This document shows, in pieces, positions 46,401 to 54,408 of a stretch of DNA of 64,000 nt (position 1 is the first letter of the stretch; the number at the start of each line of letters is the position of its first letter). The stretch is from IMG/VR virus record IMGVR_UViG_3300019776_000521, positions 1 through 64,000 of that record, one strand, 5' to 3'. Source of the stretch: a virus. The notes under the pieces are model-generated. The model ran no database searches. It was given only the letters and a program-made list of their open reading frames with translations, and had not been told where the DNA came from. The position numbers and the translations under genes were made by a program.

Positions 46401-47647
46401 TTGGGATCCAGGAAGGTAGTGACATCACCTGAGACAATCGCAGCTTGTAGGGCTTCTGCTTTCGTTGCGTCGGCTACTTTCTTTTCAAATTTAAGCAGAG
46501 ACATTTCGGATGCAGACTTCAAAGTCTGAATACCACCACCCATGATTCCGCCCATGAAGGCACCCTGACCAGCAGCAGCACCAACGCCATCAAAAAGCTC
46601 TTGTGCTGGCTTAATCTCCTTGACTGCAGAATTTCCAAAATAGCGTCCGCTACCCTCTTCTATTCCTTCCTGCCCAGCTTCTCCAACAAATGCTTTGGGT
46701 ACAGCAACAAAACCACCTGCTTTCTTGCCAATCAGAGCTTTCTCAATTGCAGTACCACCAGGAAGTGCAGAAGAAAACAACGAAACTGCTCCTGCTTTAA
46801 GCGTAGCTTCTCCGGCCAACTGCGATGCAATAGCTTGCTTGGCTTGTTGAGGACCAAGGCTTTCAGCCAAAGCTACATACTCAGGGTTTTGATCCCAAAC
46901 AGCATCAGGCAACGACATCATTCGCTGCATCGTGTCTGAACCAACATCGACACCTTGCAACACAGCGCCCGTACCAACAGCAGCAGCTGTGCCACTCTTT
47001 TCCACAGCAATCTGTCCGGCTTTGGTTGCTGCAACTTTAGGCAGTGTTTTGGCTGTAGCAGCAGCAGCTAGTTCAGCACCACGACCTACTTTGCTCATCA
47101 CTCCCAGTTGCGCTGCTTGTTGAGCCAAAAACTCAGGAATGCTTCCTGGGTCTTTTGCAGCTTCCCAGAATGCAGCACCAAACTCTGCAGCAACTTGCCC
47201 AGCTACACCTGTTACGCCATCACCTAAAGCTTCCCGTGCTGCTTTGCCCGCTTTGCCAGCAACCACTGCTTTTTCTTGATTTTTGGCTTGAGCAAAAGCT
47301 GATTTCAGTTTTTCTCGTTCATCAGACATTTTGCTGATGTCTTGTGTTTCAGGCCCGTACCAATCACCAGTGGTAGCTTTGTCGTAAACCATCGCTGGCA
47401 ACTTGGCCAGTCCATCGATACCTTGAACAGCTGACAAAGCCAAGTCTTTTGTGTAGTCCCCCCACGACCTACCTTCATCAATGGCTTGATCTCTGGCTAC
47501 TTGCGCAGTGTTTTGCGCCAACGCTTGCCGGTAAGTTTCCAAGCCAGCAAGCTTCTCTTGACGAGCTTGAAGAATTTGATCAATCTTTTCAGGATTCGGC
47601 GCACCATACTTTTGAAGCAAATACTGATCAACATTGAAGGTGGCCAT
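37451..47647 (-). CDS. virion RNA polymerase (N4 gp50-like), about 3398 aa
   Basis: Start MATFNV; no Cys seen; EVDGVTNG, RNIIKTPLTAMIFG, IHDA; synteny. Confidence 0.95.
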   Translation of the reverse strand: MATFNVDQYLLQKYGAPNPEKIDQILQARQEKLAGLETYRQALAQNTAQVARDQAIDEGRSWGDYTKDLALSAVQGIDGLAKLPAMVYDKATTGDWYGPETQDISKMSDEREKLKSAFAQAKNQEKAVVAGKAGKAAREALGDGVTGVAGQVAAEFGAAFWEAAKDPGSIPEFLAQQAAQLGVMSKVGRGAELAAAATAKTLPKVAATKAGQIAVEKSGTAAAVGTGAVLQGVDVGSDTMQRMMSLPDAVWDQNPEYVALAESLGPQQAKQAIASQLAGEATLKAGAVSLFSSALPGGTAIEKALIGKKAGGFVAVPKAFVGEAGQEGIEEGSGRYFGNSAVKEIKPAQELFDGVGAAAGQGAFMGGIMGGGIQTLKSASEMSLLKFEKKVADATKAEALQAAIVSGDVTTFLDPKSPSYAPDQAVSALYGHSQLPTATPELKQAKFEQASGIVSDLLEQKQKAEENYASISPEAVAGYMAQLVQAREAGDQPTVDALEAELATLAKETDAGPRLQKQISRLDEQIASAQEVLNNFNQENQSKELDVEAEAAKITAADPVASQAAADSIINLSMATPERLDTNLAASLANDTTNGLTDPQRGYLRAFTQARQAENQLKTMDKVSKEVFYGGKGNIGIQQYRANVTTALAANNSKAATAQLQLLDNFVSDHQQKAQVAAEAKALFEKDGQERRIVSDGNGSWSIETGKWPSQKERQQNGGLDIVRNSTKIVDNIQIESDALTKAATELRAAYGLKFAQPISNGVSNVSNVSQTLEGLQASPNRTETAPSTEAGTSQPTGGVEGGAVNPSVPATAATESAAGQTVESVSGEPAASVGASGSTRTTVASPETNQGQLQSTEQTSTTPSEVVPVSEEVASALSTQPGAVTTLQEKSTEGTSFPLRNLIADFFTQQASREGDLTERPLVKVKNFLSQGAQNVLDFLGIKSLSGKQQEVLQLFQELNQQWQGLIQKNLSARTKEFRYEDMMQYLIQENDGKLDVDQNVKTAISYAVFSWVAEAASKNLYNTDEDINAILDRDETVSVSQAERMVLGNVGVRENLVRNSLGQAVVQALGFKVSKDAPVNLMPDLEASLGAHAWKLMMDLGLLERSTVSGETMAALTNKESTNTNAEFHFVKLARNAQSTLPADAERIVKASIGSQGVLDKLFSVESGLKEPSLEPVPFVQKKTRNTNQNVPEKLAKIVAAKNAEANYVRQDMWQLITQLGDDVLQGIAGVVEISDTKTHAVNKPGLQAKNDGLLRELDRFMEFVKSMADIEAPMYFEHSVWKQQRVGIATNVINPQTSKIHRFMLFRNAWTTMVDMGNADQMDNFRLRVLEGLGVKTDKQANKTSLAAYESYVNQPEIKAAVAVLRKTVFEGGITSEEGKVLLAGVKKGGMNFHSLDALMALATEAQAQLDGKNSFSVQMMGEVDGVTNGPMLSHILLGAAKSVKDLFGLLNRGGFFEKSNPNTNYNVWRGKPGAKDLYEITALHMTNAVQKMLLKDSKIGATLNAVYAFTGNLTLETPEILKKRRNIIKTPLTAMIFGSSVGSAVDSMADGFIESIYSSMEDVAAGKADIRATINNINVLLRGGDGAKLSLMSVEKLLAYEFDSDQIKALKNSFKNTLGKAVSETMSADFGNFISKRDALNKSAQFSFELYNAAYMGLRDAYLAELVASGEIAVDSKNRPIHDLTLKQQEELKKRVSKLAPVMHTLMSKESGSLRAGLFASKSSRKLSTRSTFKSNVKFGSAIKGTKVWSKKKGGYVEQSSVEATAFETIESNPGVAMVVMSTHSLDSAISHNAADGNEVLNIHDAHGSGLGGFSQTAQNLNQATWSALLNYSPATEMANMLSRTVVGLSELLAQKDLPVQVVENLTQALNKFAGENEMSPDTVLSDMLQNATSTAFSADSVRLEALSQMGSVDQYALEGGNYEVTEADRSDAAAMQSALKEGLSAKEQEALVIISEALGMSVSEKPAPATEKPVATADSLFGPIGTPKIESDGDLVRFFKANPNASASQVIALLGAPGRMNAINRKILALVSRVVSPDLKIKFVTSETAESMVLEKPTTNSRGWYVVKNGQEEIYVLSPEFQNSGLTAETLLHELVHAAIARVIDKPTGEAAALVAELEALRVKAQEYAKQNGLNDYTAALANVQEFVAWGMTNLGLQRDVLSKITMESKTGSTSLITGMKKFIATLTQLLFKKPDENLNNGMAVLVANVSGLFAEAAQAKKTSNADLNLAQETVEQIDKYTTLDIHNALANGSVEPSFQEHLANLLGGIVEKLHGPFGAFAEQMRKTEAGNPLAVWLKAMETGNAPFASSIVASGFAGSAQEDFAMQQVEATVRAALNGNESQTKIAYKQLADLYLEMRNTLKPSDFASQEDYDFVFKLESNNGDRSDYLARFAALGLASEKFNTLLKRATKVASRKAAQDMTFTEKLESIFERILNFFNEKFTHTYAGQNADAKLEALVGQLVDIEAKKRVLIKKRATERSILEPVERGVKALADGIREKAGDLAGSSFVRNNGNAFVQAAGGIARTIANDRVEQVIDGLKILRDQQFKGRQGIAASLLNELKGPLDKFNALLRETKRHEGERKNIITQHSKLVLSVFQNGKAMSKEAKAAVSAVFLRTGLHNLLNHYSVADLEKLVGDYKAVDKAIENFESQLTSKYKDKYIEQINGLGYFKATGRARIPVLMLNAHLISRMANTQYQRQISEAEAKQAEPVIAALISLYALKYTAGDHLSQAKEVFRTENSRTDNNGNGVEFLLKLHKQLEEESLQRLFKGNPALMIHGYTPEILNPHTAIKIATEAEGKELVNQGYSAGALVSNDRADPDTETKRIYVLRDGGLSPWLSGAFSLSSMKSRGSKKHSGYVNVNTLNGLENASMQATITNEKLAAMQGMGDPRRDLSAERENHMIPVYNETGAIVNWRYMMAESTKDNLLERDNRFENLIGVIAGSIYDKETSREQNKKAVTVLREQYELEYATRKDSYVEVGDRSTDPEMRAIWDLLPDATKKDIRAVWGRDGMKVRSDSLDIMFGYRKLTLASMFQKDPDARNKLEGLFVYVVQTVLANYAGMRHGLSAADAEDYAKRAAVVITRGERAWQELVAETKDIIVVKTGFVMLGNIWSNLSLLAMSGVSLKDVLQHHLVALKGATAYQRDSQRLADLQTMLEVDYGLGKEKEIKDEIVRLKDAIARNPVKELIEAGLMPTIVEDLAAEENIYSYKSEFVRKTEKFTSRLNPKIRAAGRAVYMTHDTNMYQTLSRITQLSDFVARYTLYQHLVSRGTNPLSREAAIQEASDAFVNYDIPMHRGLQYTDDMGLTPFTKYFLRIQRVLLKLARENPARVLSAIALNHYMELGPIVLDSSFTQHIGNNPLHSGAFQYFGALDNLATVHTAMAIVK

Positions 47648-47687
47648 ATAGTCTTTCGGTCTGAAGGAAGTGGTAGCTATTCTAAAG

Positions 47688-47712
47688 AAAAAGCCGGGAG
47701 TTACCCGGCTTT
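47688..47712 (-). terminator. hairpin/terminator upstream of vRNAP
   Basis: AAAGCCGGG-agtta-CCCGGCTTT with A run on left (T run on minus strand). Confidence 0.65.
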
Positions 47713-47714
47713 GA

Positions 47715-49679
47715 TTATTGCCTTGCTCTAAACACTGGTGGATAAACAGGATTGGGGTCTTTCCACAAGCCACGCTTTTCTTTACGTGCAGTGTTTTCTG
47801 CAATGTTGAGATCAACGTTCCTGAGAGTTTGCTGCGCAAACGCTTTGTACACCCAAGCTGCACCTTGCTCTACCATGGCATGGTCAAGACCTTTGCCTTC
47901 AATCTCAACCTGACAAATAGATCTACCGGCGTACTTGCCATCAGGACGAACAATTCTGATGTTCACTTCTTTGTTGAGAATCAGCTCTTCCAGACGTTTC
48001 TTCGATTCCTCTCCAAACGGCTGACCATTTTTGTTGTACTGCTTCTTTGCAGTCTCCGGTGCGTCGATCGTATCTATCCTGCAGTTGATTCCGTTTTCAG
48101 AAGAAAACGTGTCTCCATCAGCAACGTAGCTAACTACTGCTTTTACCCCGGTGCCTTTTGGAATAGCACCAGGAGCAGCTTTTACTGCGCTGACTGGTTG
48201 CTTCCATTTGACATCTTTGGGTAGCTCTATCGGATCAGTTTTAGCTACCGGAGAACCATTGACAGGATTGAGAGCAAAGCCAGTCGAATCAGCTACGGCT
48301 GGCTTTGATTTTGACGAAGTAGAAAAACCGCTGTTGAAGCTAACAGCAGCTGGAGCCTCAGTTACCTCTTTTTTTTTTTCCGGTGCGCTTGTTTCAGCTT
48401 TTGCACTGGAGATAGCTCCGTACCTCTGAAATTCTTCGATCAGCGGATCAACGGCCAGAGTCTGAGGAACATCAATCAGACCACCTCGTCCAACAATCCT
48501 CTGTGTTGGTCCACTAACCTTTGGTTTAGGCAGCAGACTTTCAATCTTCTTATCAAAGCTGTCAGCGTAACCTTTGCTACCAAACCAGTTGGTATCAACT
48601 GAAGAAAGCAAAGCCGATTTCACAACACTAAGCGGAACAGGTACGTTGACTGTAATCGGCTTTCCATCTTCACCAATGGTAGTCCGAGTGATACCATTTT
48701 TGGCAAGATTGGAAATTCTTTCCATCAGGTATGCACGACCGTTGCTGTCGTCTTTGCCACCAATTCCGTTAGTCTTTGCAATGGTAGCAAGCTCTACAAG
48801 ACTGTCTGGAGTCAGCAGCCCACCTTTGTACACGTTGTCTTGTAACGCAAGATCTAGCTTCTTGACGTTTTGAGCAGCAGCACGTTCACGCTCTGCTCGG
48901 TCAGCAGTCAATCTTGAAGCGTTTGTTGAAGCTTCTGAAGCACTGATGCGGGCTTGTATTTCTTTTCGAACCAAGTCGGCATTGTTAACTGTGTTTTGAA
49001 GACTTTGGTTATCAAGACCAGCTTTGGTAACAGCAAGAGGTCGCAGCAAAGCACGTTGTGATTCTTCTGTGCCTCGACGAGTTTCTTCTGCTACTCGGCG
49101 CTTCTCTTCTTCAGTATCAAAACCAAACCTTGTTGAAGCACGATCTCGTTCTGTCAGAGTCTGCTGCCGCGTATCGATCGTCTTTGCCAGGTTCACGGCT
49201 TCCCGCAGATCAGGTCGAGCAGCCAGCATCTCGCCTGCACGCTTTGGATCCTGCAAAGCCATGAGGTTGATCGCACGAACGTCTGCTTCCTGAGCAGCAT
49301 CCAGCATCGTGTTCTTGTACGTGATGCCTTGAACGTCACGCTGCTGGAGCGTATTAACGCGCCCATCACGAAGAGCATTCACTGCAGCCCGATCAATCAC
49401 AGCGCCATTTGCAGCAACAGCTTGATCCAGTGCACCAGACCTGTTCAAAACGTTGAACTGGTCCACGTTTTCAGCTTGATAAATCTTGCTCAACGCATCT
49501 TGCGTAGCAGCTTGATCTTGTCGTTTCCACAAAGCCTGATCGAAAGTATCGCTTTCTTTGAGAGTGCTTTTCAGGCTGTCAAACGCTCCAGCAAAAGCCT
49601 GTTGCGCATAAGCAAGCGGACGACTGGCATCTGCCAGGGAAGGTCCGGTAACGGTACGCCAAGTGATGGGGGTAGCCAT
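47715..49679 (-). CDS. N4 gp51-like ejection protein with C-terminal thermonuclease (SNase) domain
   Basis: PITWRTV start typical of gp51; DGDT, RIDTIDAPE, KYAGR, GAAWVY, ARKEKRGLW. Confidence 0.85.
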   Translation of the reverse strand: MATPITWRTVTGPSLADASRPLAYAQQAFAGAFDSLKSTLKESDTFDQALWKRQDQAATQDALSKIYQAENVDQFNVLNRSGALDQAVAANGAVIDRAAVNALRDGRVNTLQQRDVQGITYKNTMLDAAQEADVRAINLMALQDPKRAGEMLAARPDLREAVNLAKTIDTRQQTLTERDRASTRFGFDTEEEKRRVAEETRRGTEESQRALLRPLAVTKAGLDNQSLQNTVNNADLVRKEIQARISASEASTNASRLTADRAERERAAAQNVKKLDLALQDNVYKGGLLTPDSLVELATIAKTNGIGGKDDSNGRAYLMERISNLAKNGITRTTIGEDGKPITVNVPVPLSVVKSALLSSVDTNWFGSKGYADSFDKKIESLLPKPKVSGPTQRIVGRGGLIDVPQTLAVDPLIEEFQRYGAISSAKAETSAPEKKKEVTEAPAAVSFNSGFSTSSKSKPAVADSTGFALNPVNGSPVAKTDPIELPKDVKWKQPVSAVKAAPGAIPKGTGVKAVVSYVADGDTFSSENGINCRIDTIDAPETAKKQYNKNGQPFGEESKKRLEELILNKEVNIRIVRPDGKYAGRSICQVEIEGKGLDHAMVEQGAAWVYKAFAQQTLRNVDLNIAENTARKEKRGLWKDPNPVYPPVFRARQ

Positions 49680-50305
49680 TATTTCACTCCGTTGCGCTGC
49701 ATGTAAGAGCCAACAGACTCATACGCACCAGGATTGGATGCCACACGCGCTTTTTGCCGATCTTCCAGAGAAGAATTTGTGGTGGTCTTTTGAGCTTCAA
49801 AGTTGCGTTCAAACTGCGACTTGCTGTTTTCAAAAACGTCTTTAGCCAGGTTGTACTGCTGCATGCCCATGTACAAGCTTCCAAGACCTTGAGCTGCACC
49901 AAGTGCCAAACCACCCCAGCCCTGCTGATCGCGTGAGCCAAGAAACCCGCTGTCTCGAAGGTAGCCGGTAATGCCTCCTCCACCGCTCCCAGCTGAAGAA
50001 AAGTCTCCCCATGCGCCAGGAATGCTGTTTGCACCAAAGATGCTGGTTCCATCCAATGCTTGCTTGGATAGCGGGCTGACCATGTTGACCGGATCGTTGG
50101 GCATCATGGCTGGCTGATTGGTGTAGCCACCCCAGTCTCCCCACGCACCAGGAACAGAATTGGCACCAAACGAATTGGTGCCATCCATGGTGTTTTTCTT
50201 GAACGTCTGCTGAGGAGTGAGCAATCGTGGATCGACTCGGGGAGGCAAGTAGTCCATTCCATAACTTCCAGAACCCATAGGCTGGTAATCGTATTTGCTA
50301 GGCAT
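49679..50305 (-). CDS. N4 gp52-like ejection protein
   Basis: Gly-rich TM-like region; NSSLEDRQKARVA; synteny. Confidence 0.75.
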   Translation of the reverse strand: MPSKYDYQPMGSGSYGMDYLPPRVDPRLLTPQQTFKKNTMDGTNSFGANSVPGAWGDWGGYTNQPAMMPNDPVNMVSPLSKQALDGTSIFGANSIPGAWGDFSSAGSGGGGITGYLRDSGFLGSRDQQGWGGLALGAAQGLGSLYMGMQQYNLAKDVFENSKSQFERNFEAQKTTTNSSLEDRQKARVASNPGAYESVGSYMQRNGVK

Positions 50306-52514
50306 AAGAGGAATCTCCTAACGTGTCTTTCAATTTGGGAAGGGTGAGTGCGACATCCACGTAGTAGGAGATTGCAGTGATACCCAATGTTCCGATGTTA
50401 CCGGAATGTACTGTTCGATTATAAAAGGCTTGCGGCTCTTCCCCAAATATGACAATGGGAGCCAACAGATTATTGCTTTCAAGCAAGTCTTTGGCTTCAT
50501 CAAGAAGCTTGGTTTGCTCTTGGGCATAGTTGAAAAAGTCAGCTTGTTCAGTCATCAAGCCTTCCATTTTGGCTTGCATGATTGCTTGCTGAAGACCTGT
50601 AGAAAGCTGAAGCATTGCTTCGGCCCAGGGCGCTCCTTGTACACCGCCTGCTGTAATGAGTTCATAACCGCCGTAAAGCAAGGCTATGAGCGCAACAACA
50701 GTGGCAAGCTCTGTACCAAACGCTTTGACAAACAACTTGAAGCCGACTGCCAACAGCTGGCCGACAACCAAGTTCACGACAATCGTGGCTATAAGACCTG
50801 CTGATCCAGTCAAGCCAAGTGCTGTTGCAATAAATGATCCACCGTCAGCACCATAGGTATAAACCGTAATGATGATGGCAACGATAACCAGCAATAATTG
50901 AAACAAACCAGTCTGATACCACTTTACTTCTGTAACTACCCTGCTGTTGAAAACAAAATGCAATGACCTTGCATACAGAGTTTCTCTGTCTGGAATTGGG
51001 TAAGTACTAGAAATACTCTTGTCGATCGGAATCAGCAAAATGTTGTCTGTTTCATCTGCGGTAGTCGTGTACTCCCCGTATACGTAGTACGTCATCTTCA
51101 GGTTTGAAACTTGGATCTCTTCAAACAATCCAACAGCAATTTGCTTGCGATACGTGTGTGTGCCTGAAGGGATGCTTGTATAGGTTATGGCTCCAGTCTC
51201 AGAGTTCACAAACTCTGTCTGAACGTTAACTGATGAAAACAAACTGGTGTGCGTACCAATAACACCAATGGAACCTGCAACAATTTTCTTGTAGATGCCT
51301 TCGTTAGACAAAGCCATCTTGAATTGTGAATCTTTGATGATCGACGCATTTCGTGATACAGACCCATCACCAAATTTCGATTGAAGAGCGCTCAATGCTG
51401 GATAAGCCGTACCACCCATTGCGTAATGCATGGCGTCAAAATAGTCAAAAAGATACCTGCACTCAATTTGGTTTGTAGATACTGCTGGTACACCCAGCAT
51501 AAGCATGGCTTGCTCTACATCTGCAATATCCGGGTTATCGTCAATGGCTTCTGCCATCAAATCAAAATCAATTCCCAAATACTTGACCATCTTTTTTGTG
51601 GTCAAGTACGCCTGAGTTGTTTTGTTTGAGATGACGGATTGCTTGTTGTACCGGAAGTACGCAAACGGAAAATAAGAGCCATTGACTGCAGGGCCATCGA
51701 CAAACACATTGTCAAGGCTTGGGTAAGTACCAAGCTTGTTCTTGTACATCCAGTATTTGGTCTGCCCTGAGAACGAATACTTTGCGTGAAAGTAATCTGC
51801 TGTGAAATCATATTCCTGCACAGACAGGACAAACGATTCTTCGCTCAATGGAGCGTTGGCTGAAGCCTTCCACACGTAAGTCACCTTGAGGTGCAAATCA
51901 GTGGCTGTAGGGCTTTTGTAGATCGGAGATGGTGGAGCAAGGGATACCACACCCCCAAGGCTTGCAAGACGCTCTGGCGTGTATCCAGAGGCTGCAGCGG
52001 TACCCCATTGATCCAGTGCACCAAGCTCAAATGAATCCGCCTGGTTTGCAGGGACAACCACCACCATGTCTTTCAAATAGACAGGAGCGCCTTTCTGAGC
52101 AGAAAGTACGCTCATCTGATTTGTGGCTTGGCTGTAGCCATACTGGGAAACCAGCTTTGTCCAGCCAATATGCAGTGCATTTGGCGGACCATAGTGCGAG
52201 TACTCCATGAACACTTGTTGGCCTTCAAGCGTTTCAATGACTGCTTCGACCTGTAGGCGTCCCTGGGTAGAAGAGTACACATCTCCCGATGGCAAGCCGT
52301 AGACGTAGTGATCTTCGGCGTATCGGTACATGCGTTCAGCCCTTACGCCAACGCTTGCAGCCAACTCTTCCATTACAAAATCGGTCAGATCACCTTCATT
52401 GAAAAATGACTTGATGACCCCAGTCTTGATCGACTGAGGCATTGCGTCGTCTTTGATAACTCGGGAGACAACCGTACCGACTGTAGTTCTGTAGCTGCTG
52501 CTGAACAGTCCCAT
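50298..52514 (-). CDS. N4 gp53-like protein
   Basis: MGLFS start, VKWYQTG followed by hydrophobic block; synteny. Confidence 0.8.
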   Translation of the reverse strand: MGLFSSSYRTTVGTVVSRVIKDDAMPQSIKTGVIKSFFNEGDLTDFVMEELAASVGVRAERMYRYAEDHYVYGLPSGDVYSSTQGRLQVEAVIETLEGQQVFMEYSHYGPPNALHIGWTKLVSQYGYSQATNQMSVLSAQKGAPVYLKDMVVVVPANQADSFELGALDQWGTAAASGYTPERLASLGGVVSLAPPSPIYKSPTATDLHLKVTYVWKASANAPLSEESFVLSVQEYDFTADYFHAKYSFSGQTKYWMYKNKLGTYPSLDNVFVDGPAVNGSYFPFAYFRYNKQSVISNKTTQAYLTTKKMVKYLGIDFDLMAEAIDDNPDIADVEQAMLMLGVPAVSTNQIECRYLFDYFDAMHYAMGGTAYPALSALQSKFGDGSVSRNASIIKDSQFKMALSNEGIYKKIVAGSIGVIGTHTSLFSSVNVQTEFVNSETGAITYTSIPSGTHTYRKQIAVGLFEEIQVSNLKMTYYVYGEYTTTADETDNILLIPIDKSISSTYPIPDRETLYARSLHFVFNSRVVTEVKWYQTGLFQLLLVIVAIIITVYTYGADGGSFIATALGLTGSAGLIATIVVNLVVGQLLAVGFKLFVKAFGTELATVVALIALLYGGYELITAGGVQGAPWAEAMLQLSTGLQQAIMQAKMEGLMTEQADFFNYAQEQTKLLDEAKDLLESNNLLAPIVIFGEEPQAFYNRTVHSGNIGTLGITAISYYVDVALTLPKLKDTLGDSSYA

Positions 52515-52532
52515 CTGATTTCCGATTCAGAA

Positions 52533-52564
52533 TAAAAAAATGGGGAGCGCAATGCTCCCCATTT
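52533..52564 (-). terminator. intrinsic terminator
   Basis: A run then ATGGGGAGC-gcaat-GCTCCCCAT. Confidence 0.8.
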
Positions 52565-52578
52565 CAGAGATCAAATGC

Positions 52579-53748
52579 TTACGCATTCACACCCGTCAAC
52601 AGCTTGTCCACTGCCCGACCTACGAACGTATCTGCCAGCTTGTTGGTCGAATCGGCCACAGTACCTTCGTCAGTAGTGCGACGAACGTTCCAGGTATCGA
52701 CCATAAGCTTGGCGGCTTTCTGTTCGGCATCTCTGGTAAAACCAGAAGTCTGAGCCTGGTAAAGCAGCTTCTGACGACCCACAACGCTGTTGTCGTCCAC
52801 ACCCAGTGCAGTGACTTGAGCGCGTTCCGTAGCGACTTTCTGGCTGAGCAGAGAAGTCTCTTGAGCCGCCTTGAGCACATTGCCCATGGTGAGATCAAAC
52901 TCTGCAGTGAGCTTGCATTGCTGAGCAGTAAGCACTGTGCCTTCGATGATGGCATTGGCTTTCTGCTGTGTGATGAGTAGCGTTTGGGCTTCAATTTGAA
53001 GACTTTGAGTAACCAGGTTTGTCGTTTGCTGGATTGCCTGAGCCTTGTTGGCATCGATGAGCAAGCCTTGCTTTGGAATGTTGCTGGCTTCAGCAAGCAA
53101 GTTGGCAGTCTGCTGCGTCACTTGATTCTTCTGAGCAACCAGCACATCGCCTTGCTTGGGAACGTTCAACGTCTCTGCAGTAATCTGCGCAGCCTGTGCG
53201 TCAACACGCAGCTTGTCTGCAGCAAGATTGAGTTTCTGCTGAAGCTGCACTTCTTTTTGAGCATCAAGCAAGGTGCCTTGCTTGGGAATGTTGAGAAGCT
53301 CAGCAGCAACATTTGCAGTTTGAGCTTCAAGCTGAGTCTTTTGAGCAGTAACAACCAGGGTTTCCTGAGCCAGCTTAATTCGCTGAGCAGTGGCTGTCAG
53401 TAGCTCGTCAACCAGGTTGGCTTTTTGTTGATTGATCAACAGCGTTTGAGCTTCGATTTGTAGCTTTTCAGAAGCAGCTTTGTCGATCTGAGACTGAGCC
53501 AGCAGAATCTGTTTTTGCAGCAGCTGAGCTTCCAGATCGGTTTTTTCCTTGGTGAGCAGGAATTGCAGAGCCGTCTGCATCACCTGCGTCAAGGAGCCTA
53601 GATAGACCGTTGAATACTCTGCACCCTTGATTCGGTTCTTGTTGAACTCCGCTTCAAGGTGAGCCTTGTTGGCTCGCATCAGAACGTCAAAAACACCCGT
53701 TCCATCAAGGGTGGCTTGAGTCAGGTCTGCTACTGCAATTGTGGTCAT
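52579..53748 (-). CDS. N4 gp54-like virion protein with coiled-coil repeats
   Basis: [16 protein letters not shown], three N(I/V)PKQG repeats, [11 protein letters not shown]. Confidence 0.8.
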   Translation of the reverse strand: MTTIAVADLTQATLDGTGVFDVLMRANKAHLEAEFNKNRIKGAEYSTVYLGSLTQVMQTALQFLLTKEKTDLEAQLLQKQILLAQSQIDKAASEKLQIEAQTLLINQQKANLVDELLTATAQRIKLAQETLVVTAQKTQLEAQTANVAAELLNIPKQGTLLDAQKEVQLQQKLNLAADKLRVDAQAAQITAETLNVPKQGDVLVAQKNQVTQQTANLLAEASNIPKQGLLIDANKAQAIQQTTNLVTQSLQIEAQTLLITQQKANAIIEGTVLTAQQCKLTAEFDLTMGNVLKAAQETSLLSQKVATERAQVTALGVDDNSVVGRQKLLYQAQTSGFTRDAEQKAAKLMVDTWNVRRTTDEGTVADSTNKLADTFVGRAVDKLLTGVNA

Positions 53749-53772
53749 AGGGCTATCCAGGCTTGGTGTTGC

Positions 53773-54345
53773 TTAGTCGATCGATTTGGCCATAGCTTGT
53801 CGCTGAGCCAGTTCCTGAAGCTCTTCAGGAGAAAGGTTTGGCAAGACTTCAATAGCAAATTCCTTGATCAGCTTGCCCTTGCGAGAAGAGTTCCCGCGAG
53901 CATCACGCACTGTGGTGAAGATCTGGCATTGACGCTGAACCAACTGGTTGTAGATCACACGGGGAACATGCCAACCTTCTTCAGCATTGAAGGGCACGAA
54001 CTTGGTGAACGAACCAATGAGGGAATTCCCGGCAGTGATGATCTCGCCTTCCCATTCGGACTTGGCTGGATTCATGCAGGTCACGCGGATTCGCACAAGC
54101 TCGTTGGATTCACGCTTCTTGCGTGCACGGCGTTGCGATTCCGTTTCTTCAGCCACTGCTACCACTTCAACAGCAGCAGGCTTGTCTTGTTTGTCGCTGG
54201 CAGTCGTGGCTGCGTTGACTTTCTCACGCAGCTTCTCCAGGCCAATCGAAGGGTGATAGCTCAGACCCAGCAGATCAGCACGGGCCTTCAAAGAGGTCAA
54301 CTCGTCTTGAGTGACCAAAGCATCATCGTTATCAATATCAGACAT
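53773..54345 (-). CDS. N4 gp55-like protein
   Basis: LKARADLLG, LVRIRVTCMNP, KEFAIEVLP. Confidence 0.8.
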   Translation of the reverse strand: MSDIDNDDALVTQDELTSLKARADLLGLSYHPSIGLEKLREKVNAATTASDKQDKPAAVEVVAVAEETESQRRARKKRESNELVRIRVTCMNPAKSEWEGEIITAGNSLIGSFTKFVPFNAEEGWHVPRVIYNQLVQRQCQIFTTVRDARGNSSRKGKLIKEFAIEVLPNLSPEELQELAQRQAMAKSID

Positions 54346-54364
54346 TGCGGTTCCTTTGGATTAC

Positions 54365-54399
54365 AAAAACAGAGGGGTGACCAGAATCAGCCACCCCTC
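54365..54399 (-). terminator. terminator after capsid gene
   Basis: GAGGGGTG...CACCCCTC with A run on left. Confidence 0.65.
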
Positions 54400-54408
54400 C
54401 TTGCTTGC

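Noticed and set aside
47648-47863. N-terminal extension of vRNAP in the ORF track
   Set aside because: Overlaps gp51, crosses a terminator hairpin and contains Cys; ATG 47647 is preferred.
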